This document shows, in pieces, positions 9,415 through 17,868 of a stretch of 64,000 bases of DNA. Each line of letters starts with the position of its first letter. Position 1 is the first letter of the stretch. The DNA lies in assembly GCA_024404505.1 (NCBI GenBank), contig JAKSPU010000002.1, positions 3,773 to 67,772 on the forward strand, given 5' to 3'. The position numbers and the translations under genes are program-made. The stretch comes from Clostridia bacterium (GTDB taxonomy: Bacteria; Bacillota; Clostridia; Oscillospirales; CAG-272). Below the pieces are notes generated by a model. That model worked only from the letters and a program-made list of their open reading frames with translations. It was not told where the DNA came from and made no database searches.

Positions 9415-10878
9415 ATGCTTGATTTTGAACCAAAGAACGTATTCCGGTATTTTGAAGAGATCTGTGCGATCCCGCATCCGTCCGGACATGAGGAAAAGAT
9501 CGCGGACTATGTGGAGCGGTTTGCCAAGGAGCGCGGACTGAGCTGTTACCGCGACGAGGTGAACAACGTGTTCGTGAAGAAGGCGGCCACGCCGGGGCAT
9601 GAATCGGCGGGTGCCGTCATGCTGCAGGGACACATGGATATGGTACCCGAAAAGGACTCCGGAAGCAGCCATGATTTCCTGCGGGACGGCCTGAAGCTGT
9701 CCGTCAAGGACGGGTGGATCAGCGCCGACCACACGACGCTGGGCGGCGACGACGGCGCAGCCATTGCCATCATGCTGGCGCTGCTGGACAGCGCTCCTGA
9801 TCCGCATCCGGCGTTGGAATGTCTGTTCACGGTGTCCGAGGAAACGGGCCTGACCGGTGCGTGGGCCTTTGATCCTGATGCGGTCGGTATGACGGCGGGG
9901 ACGATGATCAACCTCGACAGTGAGGAGGAAAGCATCGTCACCGCCGGATGCGCCGGCGGCGTGCGGACGGATATCCGGGTCCCGGTGACCACGGCGCCGT
10001 TTGCGGGCACAGCGCTCCGCGTCGCGCTGGGCGGCTTCACGGGTGGTCATTCCGGCATTGAGATCAATGAGGGACACGCCAACGCGATCAAGATGCTGGC
10101 GCGTCTGCTGGCTGCCCTGCGGGAACGGTTTGACTTTTCGCTGATCGCGGTCAGCGGCGGCGGCAAGGACAATGCGATCCCGCGCGCCTCGGAGGCGATC
10201 GTGTCGCTGCACGGAGCGGACGCGGAAGCGTTTGCGGCAGCTGCTGCGGCAGAGGCTGACGAACTGCGTCACGAGCCGTCGACCATCGAGGCTGACCGTG
10301 CGTTCATCTGCACGGTCGGGCCGGCAGCCGCGCCCTGCGCCGAAATGGACAAGGAATCCACAGGTCGTGTGTTGAGCATCCTGAATCTTGTCCGCAGCGG
10401 TGTGATCGAAATGAGCGCGTTCGTACCGGAGCTGGTCGCGTTCTCGCGCAACCTCGGCATCCTGTCGACGGAAATCGGCGCGGACGGCACGAGCGTGGTG
10501 CTGTCGTTCTCGTCGCGGTCGGCGTCCGAGCATCAGCTTGACGCGACTCAGCGCGAGCTGGAGATGCTGGCAGCCGCCCACGGGGCGGAGGCGTCGCATC
10601 ATGCCCGTTATCCCGGCTGGGACTACGCGCCCGTGTCGCCGCTGCGTGAGATCTGGGCGAAGGAAAGCGAGCGCCTGTTCGGCGTGACGCCGGAGGTGGT
10701 GGTCATCCATGCGGGGCTTGAGTGTGGCATCCTGTGCCACAAGCGGCCCGGACTTGACATCATCTCGGTCGGTCCCGACATGAAGGATATCCACACGCCC
10801 CGCGAACGGCTGAACGTCGACTCCACCCGCCGGACCTACGAGTTGGTCTGCGCCGTGCTGGCAAAATTGGCGCTGTAA
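9415..10878 (+). CDS. pepD: Aminoacyl-histidine (Xaa-His) dipeptidase, M20 family
   Basis: N-terminus FRYFEEICAIPHPSGHEEKIADYV and metal motif LQGHMDMV. Length of 487 aa is typical of PepD. RBS is AAAGGAG. Confidence 0.9.
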   Translation: MLDFEPKNVFRYFEEICAIPHPSGHEEKIADYVERFAKERGLSCYRDEVNNVFVKKAATPGHESAGAVMLQGHMDMVPEKDSGSSHDFLRDGLKLSVKDGWISADHTTLGGDDGAAIAIMLALLDSAPDPHPALECLFTVSEETGLTGAWAFDPDAVGMTAGTMINLDSEEESIVTAGCAGGVRTDIRVPVTTAPFAGTALRVALGGFTGGHSGIEINEGHANAIKMLARLLAALRERFDFSLIAVSGGGKDNAIPRASEAIVSLHGADAEAFAAAAAAEADELRHEPSTIEADRAFICTVGPAAAPCAEMDKESTGRVLSILNLVRSGVIEMSAFVPELVAFSRNLGILSTEIGADGTSVVLSFSSRSASEHQLDATQRELEMLAAAHGAEASHHARYPGWDYAPVSPLREIWAKESERLFGVTPEVVVIHAGLECGILCHKRPGLDIISVGPDMKDIHTPRERLNVDSTRRTYELVCAVLAKLAL

Positions 10879-10895
10879 GGAGCGTAAGAGCGTGT

Positions 10896-11104
10896 GGAGC
10901 TCTGCCCCACGCCCCAAGGATGCGCTTTTGGGGCTCTGCCCCACGCCCCAAGGATGCGCTTGTGGGGCTCTGCCCCACCCCCCGCTTAAACCCTTCTTGA
11001 AAGAAGGGTTTAAGGATCCCAAGAACTTTTTGACATTGTATAAAAAGAGATTTGGATTGCGCCGGACAGAAAAGGTGGGCGCCCGCGAGGGCACCCACCT
11101 TTTT
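10896..11104 (+). repeat. Composite intergenic repeat, copy 2 (single forward unit)
   Basis: G(G/A)GCTCTGCCCC occurs at 10896, 10930 and 10964 (34-bp period). Hairpin TTAAACCCTTCTTGAAAGAAGGGTTTAA is at 10986-11013 and AAGAACTTTT at 11021-11030. A terminator module closes the unit at 11073-11104. Confidence 0.85.
11073..11104 (+). terminator. Intrinsic terminator (shared repeat module) after pepD
   Basis: AGGTGGGCGCCC-GCGA-GGGCACCCACCT followed by TTTT. Confidence 0.8.
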
Positions 11105-11449
11105 CATTTGTTTTAGGAGCGGTGTATATGGAGCTCAACGTATTGAACTTTCGGCGCGATCAGTTTAACAATCCTCTATCGAGAGCGTTCAGGAAGCCCG
11201 TTGCGGTATCAGGAACATAAACACGGTATGAAAGGCGCTGACAGCTCGCTCGGACAGCATTTCTTTGTCAAACAGAATTGACTATATAAAACGGTCGTAT
11301 AATTGTCAACATATTTACGGAGAACTTACAAACTGTTCACAATTTTGCGAGGGATGCAAGGAATCTGCATAAAGAAAAATTCCTGCGGGAAAAAATGCGG
11401 ACTATACGGCTTGTTTTGCCCGAAAACTGCACGAAACAGGCAAAATCAC

Positions 11450-11478
11450 TTGACAAACCGGCATATTAAGTGTATAAT
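11450..11478 (+). promoter_or_regulatory. Sigma-A-type promoter of rny
   Basis: TTGACA (11450-11455), 17-nt spacer, TATAAT (11473-11478), ~75 nt upstream of the rny ATG. Confidence 0.7.
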
Positions 11479-11553
11479 ATATGATAGCCGTCTGTTTGCC
11501 GGACATTCCGGAAAACGGAAAGGCATACTGCATTTTAAAAAGGAGGTGTATAT

Positions 11554-13107
11554 ATGAGTCCTGTATTAGCAACGATCCTGATCGTGGTTGCTCTGATCCT
11601 CGGCGGCGTGATCGGCGCGCTGATCGGCATGGCCATGCGCAAGAAGTTTGCCGAAGCCGAGATCGGCTCCGCGGAGGAAGAATCCAAGCGGCTGGTCGAT
11701 GAAGGTAAAAAGCAGGCCGAGACCCTGAAAAAGGAAGCCCGGCTCTCCGCTCAGGAAGAGATCATGAAGCTCAAGAGCGATATGGAGCAGGAGATCAAGG
11801 ATCGACGCGCAGAGGTATCCCGCACGGAATCCCGGTTGACCAAAAAGGAAGAAAACCTGGATAAGAAGAGCGAGGCACTCGACAAAAAGGGTGAGCTGCT
11901 CGACAAGAAGATCAAGGATGCCGACGTCGTGAAGGAGCAGGCGGAGGAGGTGCTGGCCAAGCACACCGCCAAGCTGGAGGAGATCTCCGGCTATACCTGC
12001 GAGCAGGCAAAGGCTGAGCTGGTAGCCAATCTTGAGACGGAAGTCCGTCATGAGATGGCACAGCGGCTGGCCGAGCTTGAGGCTGAGTACAAGGAAGCGG
12101 CAGACGAAAAGGCCTGCCACATCATGGCGCTGGCCATTCAGCGCTGTGCCGGTGACTTTGTCGCCGAATCCACCATTTCCTCCGTGGCACTGCCCAGCGA
12201 GGAGATGAAGGGCCGCATCATCGGTCGTGAGGGACGCAATATCCAGAAGCTGGAGACGCTGACCGGCGTGGAACTGATCATTGACGATACGCCCGAGGTC
12301 ATCACCATTTCCGGATTCGATCCCATCCGCCGCGAGGTCGCGAGACTTGCGCTGGAAAAGCTCATTGCCGACGGTCGTATCCATCCCACCCGCATCGAGG
12401 AGATGGTCGAGAAGGCCAAGAAGGACGTGGACGCCGCCATCAAGCAGGCCGGCGAGCGCGCTACCTTCGAGGTCAACATCCACGGCATCAACCCCGATCT
12501 CGTCCGTCTGCTGGGTCGTCTTCGCTACCGCACCAGTTACGGACAGAACGTCCTGCAGCACTCTGTGGAGGTCGCCATTCTGGCCGGCATCATGGCAGAG
12601 GAGCTGGGCGTGGATCCTGTGCTGGCCCGCCGTGCCGGTCTTCTGCATGATATCGGCAAGGCATTCCCCTATGACGTGGAGGGCTCCCACGTACAGATCG
12701 GCGTCAATGCCGCCAAGAAGTACAAGGAGAGCAAGGACGTCATTCATGCCATCGAGGCACACCACGGAGACGTGGAGCCCCAGACCGTCATCGCCGTGCT
12801 GGTCCAGGCCGCCGATGCCATCTCGGCCGCGAGACCCGGCGCCCGCCGCGAGGACATGGAGAACTACATCAAGCGTCTTGAGAAGCTCGAGGAGATCGCC
12901 GAAAGCTATCAGGGCATCGAGAAAGCATTCGCCATTCAGGCCGGCCGTGAGCTGCGCGTGATGGTCAAGCCCGAAGCCGTCAGCGACGAGGACATGGCGC
13001 TCATCGCCCGCGAGATGGCCGAAAAGATCCAGGCAGAGGTCAAGTACCCCGGCCAGATCAAGATCAACCTCATCCGGGAAAGCCGCGCAGTCAGTTACGC
13101 CAAGTAA
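11554..13107 (+). CDS. rny: Ribonuclease Y
   Basis: N-terminal TM helix, long coiled-coil, KH domain ([15 protein letters not shown]) and HD domain (LLHDIGKA...HHGD). RBS is AAGGAGG. Confidence 0.95.
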   Translation: MSPVLATILIVVALILGGVIGALIGMAMRKKFAEAEIGSAEEESKRLVDEGKKQAETLKKEARLSAQEEIMKLKSDMEQEIKDRRAEVSRTESRLTKKEENLDKKSEALDKKGELLDKKIKDADVVKEQAEEVLAKHTAKLEEISGYTCEQAKAELVANLETEVRHEMAQRLAELEAEYKEAADEKACHIMALAIQRCAGDFVAESTISSVALPSEEMKGRIIGREGRNIQKLETLTGVELIIDDTPEVITISGFDPIRREVARLALEKLIADGRIHPTRIEEMVEKAKKDVDAAIKQAGERATFEVNIHGINPDLVRLLGRLRYRTSYGQNVLQHSVEVAILAGIMAEELGVDPVLARRAGLLHDIGKAFPYDVEGSHVQIGVNAAKKYKESKDVIHAIEAHHGDVEPQTVIAVLVQAADAISAARPGARREDMENYIKRLEKLEEIAESYQGIEKAFAIQAGRELRVMVKPEAVSDEDMALIAREMAEKIQAEVKYPGQIKINLIRESRAVSYAK

Positions 13108-13336
13108 TTGATCGGCTTTTGCCTGCCGCGCGGGACGCACGGCAGCGGACCGGAATAGTCCCATTGCCCTGCCCGTATCGGGTATGCTTTATGCAACATA
13201 GAGGGAGCTGTACAAGCTGTTGTCCGCCCAGCCTGTCTGCAAGGCGGTCTCAATATATTTTTACATACAACCCCGATGTTCATAATCGCCGCCGAGGACG
13301 TGATCCGTCACTCCAACAGCGGTTTGGTATAAAGAA

Positions 13337-13366
13337 ATCCCGCTGCCCGACGGCAGCGGGATTTTT
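13337..13366 (+). terminator. Intrinsic terminator ~230 nt downstream of the rny stop
   Basis: ATCCCGCTGCC-CGAC-GGCAGCGGGAT (11-bp stem) followed by TTTT. Confidence 0.85.
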
Positions 13367-13451
13367 CAAAAATTTTTTCACTACGCAACGCAGACGGTAT
13401 ATTTCCTGTCTTGTAGGATGAAGGGCCTTTCAATTTTACGGAGAAGGAGGA

Positions 13452-14018
13452 GTGACCGAACGTATGACCGATGAAGAGATCATCACGCTGTACGAGCGCC
13501 GGGACGAGGCGTCCATAGCGGAAACCGAGCGGCAGTATGGCCGCTATTGCCGGTATATCGCCGGAGAGATCCTGCAGAACGAGCAGGACGCCGAGGAGAT
13601 CGTCAACGATACTTACCTGAAAACGTGGAACAGCATCCCGCCGGAGAAGCCGGACTCGCTCAAGGCGTTCCTCGGATGCATCACGCGGAGACTGTCCATC
13701 AACAGGCTGGAGAAACGAAACGCGCAAAAACGAGGCGGCGAGTATATGGCGGCGCTGGACGAGCTGGCCGAGTGTCTGCCGGACGGTGAGTGTGCGTCGA
13801 TCCCCGACGAGACCGCGCTCTCGGACTGCCTCGACAGGTTCATCCGTACGCTCGACCGGGAGGACAGATTCCTGTTCGTCCGGCGGTATTGGTTCATGAC
13901 TCCCGTCTCTGCGCTCGCGCGGGAAGCGTCGCTGACCGAAAGCTGCGTCAAGTCCAGACTGATGCGCTTGCGAGAACGCCTCCGCGCACACCTGACAAAG
14001 GAGGGTTATACCGTATGA
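13452..14018 (+). CDS. ECF-type sigma-70 family RNA polymerase sigma factor (copy 1)
   Basis: Region 2 (DAEEIVNDTYLKTWNSIPP) and region 4 HTH (ALAREASLTESCVKSRLMRLRERL). Listed start is GTG 13452, with an alternative ATG at 13464. Stop overlaps the next start (GTATGA). Confidence 0.85.
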   Translation: MTERMTDEEIITLYERRDEASIAETERQYGRYCRYIAGEILQNEQDAEEIVNDTYLKTWNSIPPEKPDSLKAFLGCITRRLSINRLEKRNAQKRGGEYMAALDELAECLPDGECASIPDETALSDCLDRFIRTLDREDRFLFVRRYWFMTPVSALAREASLTESCVKSRLMRLRERLRAHLTKEGYTV

Positions 14019-15358
14019 AGCTGCAAAGCAAAGATATCCTGAACGCCATGACGGACATCGGACCTGACCTCGTGGAGGAGGCGGCCCGCCCCGCGCCCGC
14101 CGCAAACAAATCGAAAACAGTCCGCCGCGTCGTCCTGATCGCCGCCTGCGTTGCCCTGCTGGCGGCCGCCGTCGTGGGGACGGTCCTGCTCCTCAACCGG
14201 CCGACGCCGGTGAACGACCCCGTGACCGACCCTGAAACGGATCCATCGACGGACCCGGCTGAAACGATCGTCCCCGCGCCGCCCGTTTCCGGCGACCTGT
14301 GGGTCGATACCCGCGCCCAAAAGCAGCAGAACGTTACAGGCATGGAGGGCTCCATTGAATTCGCCGAGATGCCGTGGCACCGTCAGCCGCTGCTGCTCCA
14401 ATATAGCACCATCGAGTGGAAAGGCACCGTCTACAACAGCCCCTACCCCTACACGGGCGATCCCGTGAGCGATGATGTCGTGAGTTCGGACTATGAGACC
14501 GGCACGGCATCTGCGGTCGATGAGGAAGGGGAAACGCACACCATCGGGATCCGCGTCTATGCCATGACGGGCGCAGAGCCGCCCCGCCGCCTGTTCGTCC
14601 GCTTCGACGGGTACGACCTGTGGGTCGGCTTCCGCATCTCGGACAGGAGCAGATCAACCACATCATGGGGCGAGCTGTTGACCTCCCTGAAGCTGCCCGA
14701 GCTGATGCCGCTGACGAGCTTCAACACACCGGCTGACGATAAAGGCGGCGTGGTGACGCCGGCGCAGTATTTCAAACTGTCCGGCGAGGATTCGGACACG
14801 CTCCGGGCCATGCTGACCGCCCTGCCCGACGTGCCCGAGACCGTCAGCTCGTCGGTCGGAGATAAGGGCGGCGAGCTGTATCACATCAGCGCCAACGCGC
14901 CCGCGCTCGGAATCCGGAATTGCAAGTTCGTCCTGTACGCGGACGGGTGGATCGTGACCGACATCGAGAACATCGTGTATAACTTCGAGATCGGCCCGGA
15001 GGCGGTGTGGGAGCTGGCGGATTTCCTCGCGGCGCACGGAACGCCGACCGAACACACGTACAGCAGGCAGACCATCATCGGCACCGTGACTGCGGTCGGG
15101 GAGGGCTGGCTGAAGCTGAACGACGCGATCTCCCTGGAAAACCCGGACGAGGCGATGGAGTTCACGGTCCTCGCGAATGGTACCGGTGTTTACTACGGCA
15201 TGGCCTGTATGCGAGTCGGCATGACGGTGATGGTGATACACGAGGGGATCCTGGCAGAAGAGCCGACGGTCGTCCGCACGGCAGTGGACGTCAATTGGAT
15301 CAGGATCACATCGAGCGGCGGTAACCCGGACGAAACGGTGATTTATATCCCGGAGTGA
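14015..15358 (+). CDS. Single-pass membrane protein, putative anti-sigma factor (copy 1)
   Basis: ATG 14015 overlaps the sigma stop by 4 nt. A short cytoplasmic N-terminus (ILNAMTDIGPDLVEEA) is followed by a TM helix (VVLIAACVALLAAAVVGTVLLL) and a ~380-aa ectodomain with no motif I recognise. The upstream extension of the listed ORF (13790) lies inside the sigma gene. Confidence 0.6.
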   Translation: MKLQSKDILNAMTDIGPDLVEEAARPAPAANKSKTVRRVVLIAACVALLAAAVVGTVLLLNRPTPVNDPVTDPETDPSTDPAETIVPAPPVSGDLWVDTRAQKQQNVTGMEGSIEFAEMPWHRQPLLLQYSTIEWKGTVYNSPYPYTGDPVSDDVVSSDYETGTASAVDEEGETHTIGIRVYAMTGAEPPRRLFVRFDGYDLWVGFRISDRSRSTTSWGELLTSLKLPELMPLTSFNTPADDKGGVVTPAQYFKLSGEDSDTLRAMLTALPDVPETVSSSVGDKGGELYHISANAPALGIRNCKFVLYADGWIVTDIENIVYNFEIGPEAVWELADFLAAHGTPTEHTYSRQTIIGTVTAVGEGWLKLNDAISLENPDEAMEFTVLANGTGVYYGMACMRVGMTVMVIHEGILAEEPTVVRTAVDVNWIRITSSGGNPDETVIYIPE

Positions 15359-15389
15359 TGCCCGTCGCCCGCTGCGGCCTATATCAGAA

Positions 15390-15430
15390 AACAGGAAGAG
15401 GGAGCGGCTGTGCCGCTCCCTCTTCCTGTT
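15390..15430 (+). terminator. Terminator-like 19-bp hairpin (no T-run)
   Basis: AACAGGAAGAGGGAGCGGC-TGT-GCCGCTCCCTCTTCCTGTT. Its core AGGGAGCGGC/GCCGCTCCCT recurs at 63512-63550. Confidence 0.5.
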
Positions 15431-15485
15431 CCCTCATCCTGCGGGATACGGATTGCTTCGGCGCAAGAAAATTCACACATCGTGC

Positions 15486-15514
15486 TTGCAACTTGCCGGG
15501 TTTTATGCTATACT
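15486..15514 (+). promoter_or_regulatory. Sigma-A-type promoter of the LRR lipoprotein gene
   Basis: TTGCAA, 17-nt spacer, TGc-TATACT (extended -10), 27 nt before the ATG. Confidence 0.6.
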
Positions 15515-15541
15515 ATGGGTGACCGAAACATATCGGAGGAC

Positions 15542-16822
15542 ATGAAAATGAAAGATATAAAAAAAGCCGCGGCGGCGATCCTGTCGGCACTCCTGCTCTT
15601 GACTGCCTGCGCGAGGCAGGAAAGCGAAACCACGGAAACGGTCGGCCCGCGCGAACTGGAAACGGTGGACCTGACCGATGAGCGGACGATCACAGACCTG
15701 TCCGACTACGAAGCTCGCTTTGCTGCGGCATTCGTCGGGACGGCACCCGCCCCGGAAACGGACGTCACGTGGACGGAAAACGCGGACGGCACCGTCTGTA
15801 TCACAGGATACACCGGCGGCGAGTCCGTGGTGGTCATTCCCGACACGCTGAACGGGAAGACCGTGACAAGCGTGGCGGAGGGAGCGTTCAGGAACGCAGC
15901 CTTCCGCGCACTCTGCCTGCCGGATACCGTGACCGAGATCGGCTTCGGGGCAATGGAGAAGTGCGGCAGCCTTGCCACACTCAAAACGCCCGTGTTCACC
16001 TGCCCGGATAGGGCGTGGTTCGGCGCGCTGTTCGGCGCGTCCTCCTACGAGATCAACCGTGCCGGCGTCCCCGCGGCACTGACCACACTCATCCTGACCG
16101 GCTCCGCAGACGCGGTCCCGGAGTACTGCTTCCAGGGCTGCACCGATCTGGAGGCCGTGATGCTCCCCGGCTCGGTGAAGTCCCTCGGCGATTTCGCTTT
16201 CTACGGCTGTGACCGCCTGTGCTGTGTGTCCCTGCCGGACGGCCTTGAGACCATCGGCGAGTACGCGTTCGGGAACTGCCTTTCGCTGCGGGCGCTGACC
16301 GTCCCCGCCTCCGTCACCCGCATGGGGCGCAGTATGCTTGAGGGCTGCGGTAAACTGGAGTCGCTGGCTGTTCCGTTCGTCGGCATGACGGCAGACGGCA
16401 CGGAAAACGGCTGGCTCGGCTTCCTGTTCGGCGCGGTCGACCACACATTCTCCGAGGGATACATCCCCGCGTCGCTGATCCGCGTGACCGTCACGACGGG
16501 AACAGCCCTGCCCCCGAACGCCTTCTACGAGTGCAGCCGCATCCGCGAGATCGTGCTGCCCCGGACGCTGACGGAGGTCGGTCATCGCGCGTTCTACCGC
16601 TGCGCGTACCTGTCCGTCATCACGCTGCCGGACAGCCTGACCTCGCTCGGCGACGAGGCGTTCAGCGGCTGCGTCCGCCTGACGCATATCGACTTGTCAC
16701 GCGTCACGTCGCTCGGCGTGCAGACCTTCCGCGGCTGCCTGTCGTTGACCGACGTCACGCTACCCGCTTGCGCGGTCCCGGATTACACCTTCGAGGGGAC
16801 GCCTTACGGGCAGAAGAACTGA
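15542..16822 (+). CDS. BspA-type leucine-rich-repeat lipoprotein
   Basis: Start chosen at MKMKDIKK after RBS GGAGGA. Lipobox is LLLTAC. It carries repeated ~23-aa LRR units (IPDTL..I...AF..C..L..L.LP). Confidence 0.8.
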   Translation: MKMKDIKKAAAAILSALLLLTACARQESETTETVGPRELETVDLTDERTITDLSDYEARFAAAFVGTAPAPETDVTWTENADGTVCITGYTGGESVVVIPDTLNGKTVTSVAEGAFRNAAFRALCLPDTVTEIGFGAMEKCGSLATLKTPVFTCPDRAWFGALFGASSYEINRAGVPAALTTLILTGSADAVPEYCFQGCTDLEAVMLPGSVKSLGDFAFYGCDRLCCVSLPDGLETIGEYAFGNCLSLRALTVPASVTRMGRSMLEGCGKLESLAVPFVGMTADGTENGWLGFLFGAVDHTFSEGYIPASLIRVTVTTGTALPPNAFYECSRIREIVLPRTLTEVGHRAFYRCAYLSVITLPDSLTSLGDEAFSGCVRLTHIDLSRVTSLGVQTFRGCLSLTDVTLPACAVPDYTFEGTPYGQKN

Positions 16823-17542
16823 TCAGAAGTAGATCCTGTTCTGATACTTGGTCGGCAGCCCCTCGCGGTACAGATGGCTGTCGCTCGAGAGCTGCAGCAC
16901 CTGTGGGGTGATGACGTCGCCCCACGGCCGGAACTCGATCACGGTCATGCTGCTGTGACCGAGATCAAAGTGCGTCGCAAACTGCGGATAGGGGACGTCG
17001 AGCAGGCAGGACAGGAACGCGAGTCCGAAGCCCTGATGCGCGAACAGCGCCACACGGTCCTCGTTGGGGGCCGTCGGGATGTACACGTTGTTCTCAAGGT
17101 CGTGCCGGTAGCCGAGCGACTCGATGAACGCGTCCGTTTCACGCTGTACGCGCTCAAGTCCTGCCTTGAACGAGGTCCCGGCAAAGTCGGGATGCTCGTA
17201 CCATTCGCGGCCCAGCACACGCACCTCGGACGTATTGAATTTGCGGCGGTATTCGGGAATGGCAAAGGCCCACGTATGGTGTCCCGCCTCGTCGTAGGGA
17301 ACGGCAAGATCGCGCCACGCGTAGCTCTCGTTGGCCCAATCCAACTCGACGGGCGTCTTGCGGAGGATGTCGCAGGTCGGCTTGGCGGTCAGCTTGGCGC
17401 GCTCCGAGGTCGAAACGAATACCTTGTCGATGCCGTACAGCGCCAGCCTCTTGGCCAGCGCCTCGGCCTGCCGCTCACCGAGCGGTGTCAGGCTGTCGGG
17501 ATTGTATATCGGGTCTCCGTGACGGATGTAGAACAAAAGCAT
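16823..17542 (-). CDS. Histidine phosphatase family protein (phosphoglycerate-mutase-like)
   Basis: Start at MLLFYIRHGDPIY (RHG catalytic motif) preceded by AAGGA. The listed longer ORF adds 69 aa with no RBS. Confidence 0.85.
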   Translation of the reverse strand: MLLFYIRHGDPIYNPDSLTPLGERQAEALAKRLALYGIDKVFVSTSERAKLTAKPTCDILRKTPVELDWANESYAWRDLAVPYDEAGHHTWAFAIPEYRRKFNTSEVRVLGREWYEHPDFAGTSFKAGLERVQRETDAFIESLGYRHDLENNVYIPTAPNEDRVALFAHQGFGLAFLSCLLDVPYPQFATHFDLGHSSMTVIEFRPWGDVITPQVLQLSSDSHLYREGLPTKYQNRIYF

Positions 17543-17868
17543 AGAAACGATCCTTCTTTCTTGATGATTACCCCAAGTATACCACACGCAGCCCGATATG
17601 TCAACATACGGGCTGCGATATTTTATGCCCGGATAAATTGTAAACATTCTGTGAATCCGAAAAATCGTGCAAGATTTGGGGACCTTTTTGCGTCTATATA
17701 ACTGAAGGGATACGCAGAAACTTGAGCAATTAAAAGAACTGATTTTCAAAAGAGAAAACGACTTTGGCGAAAAAGGCTATTTCCTTTAATCGCCAAATCA
17801 GAATTTTCAGTAATAACGCGGTAAAAATCGTCATATAAAAGAACTCAAAAACGAAAGGACGTACCATT

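Noticed and set aside
10896-10976. Regularly spaced GGGGCTCTGCCCC palindromes (29-34 bp period) that look superficially like a mini CRISPR array
   Set aside because: There are only 2-3 units per locus, the core is 13 bp, and the spacers are themselves conserved (CCAAGGATGCGCTT). No leader or cas genes are present, and the same arrays recur at many loci as part of a larger repeat element.
11303-11557. 84-aa ORF upstream of rny
   Set aside because: It starts at a non-ATG codon without an RBS, runs through the consensus rny promoter and RBS, and has AT-rich codon usage unlike any confident gene in the window.
13119-13421. 100-aa plus-strand ORF, and the 62-aa minus-strand ORF at 13095-13283, downstream of rny
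   Set aside because: Both have Arg/Cys/Pro-rich improbable composition and no RBS. The plus ORF reads straight through the intrinsic terminator at 13337-13366.
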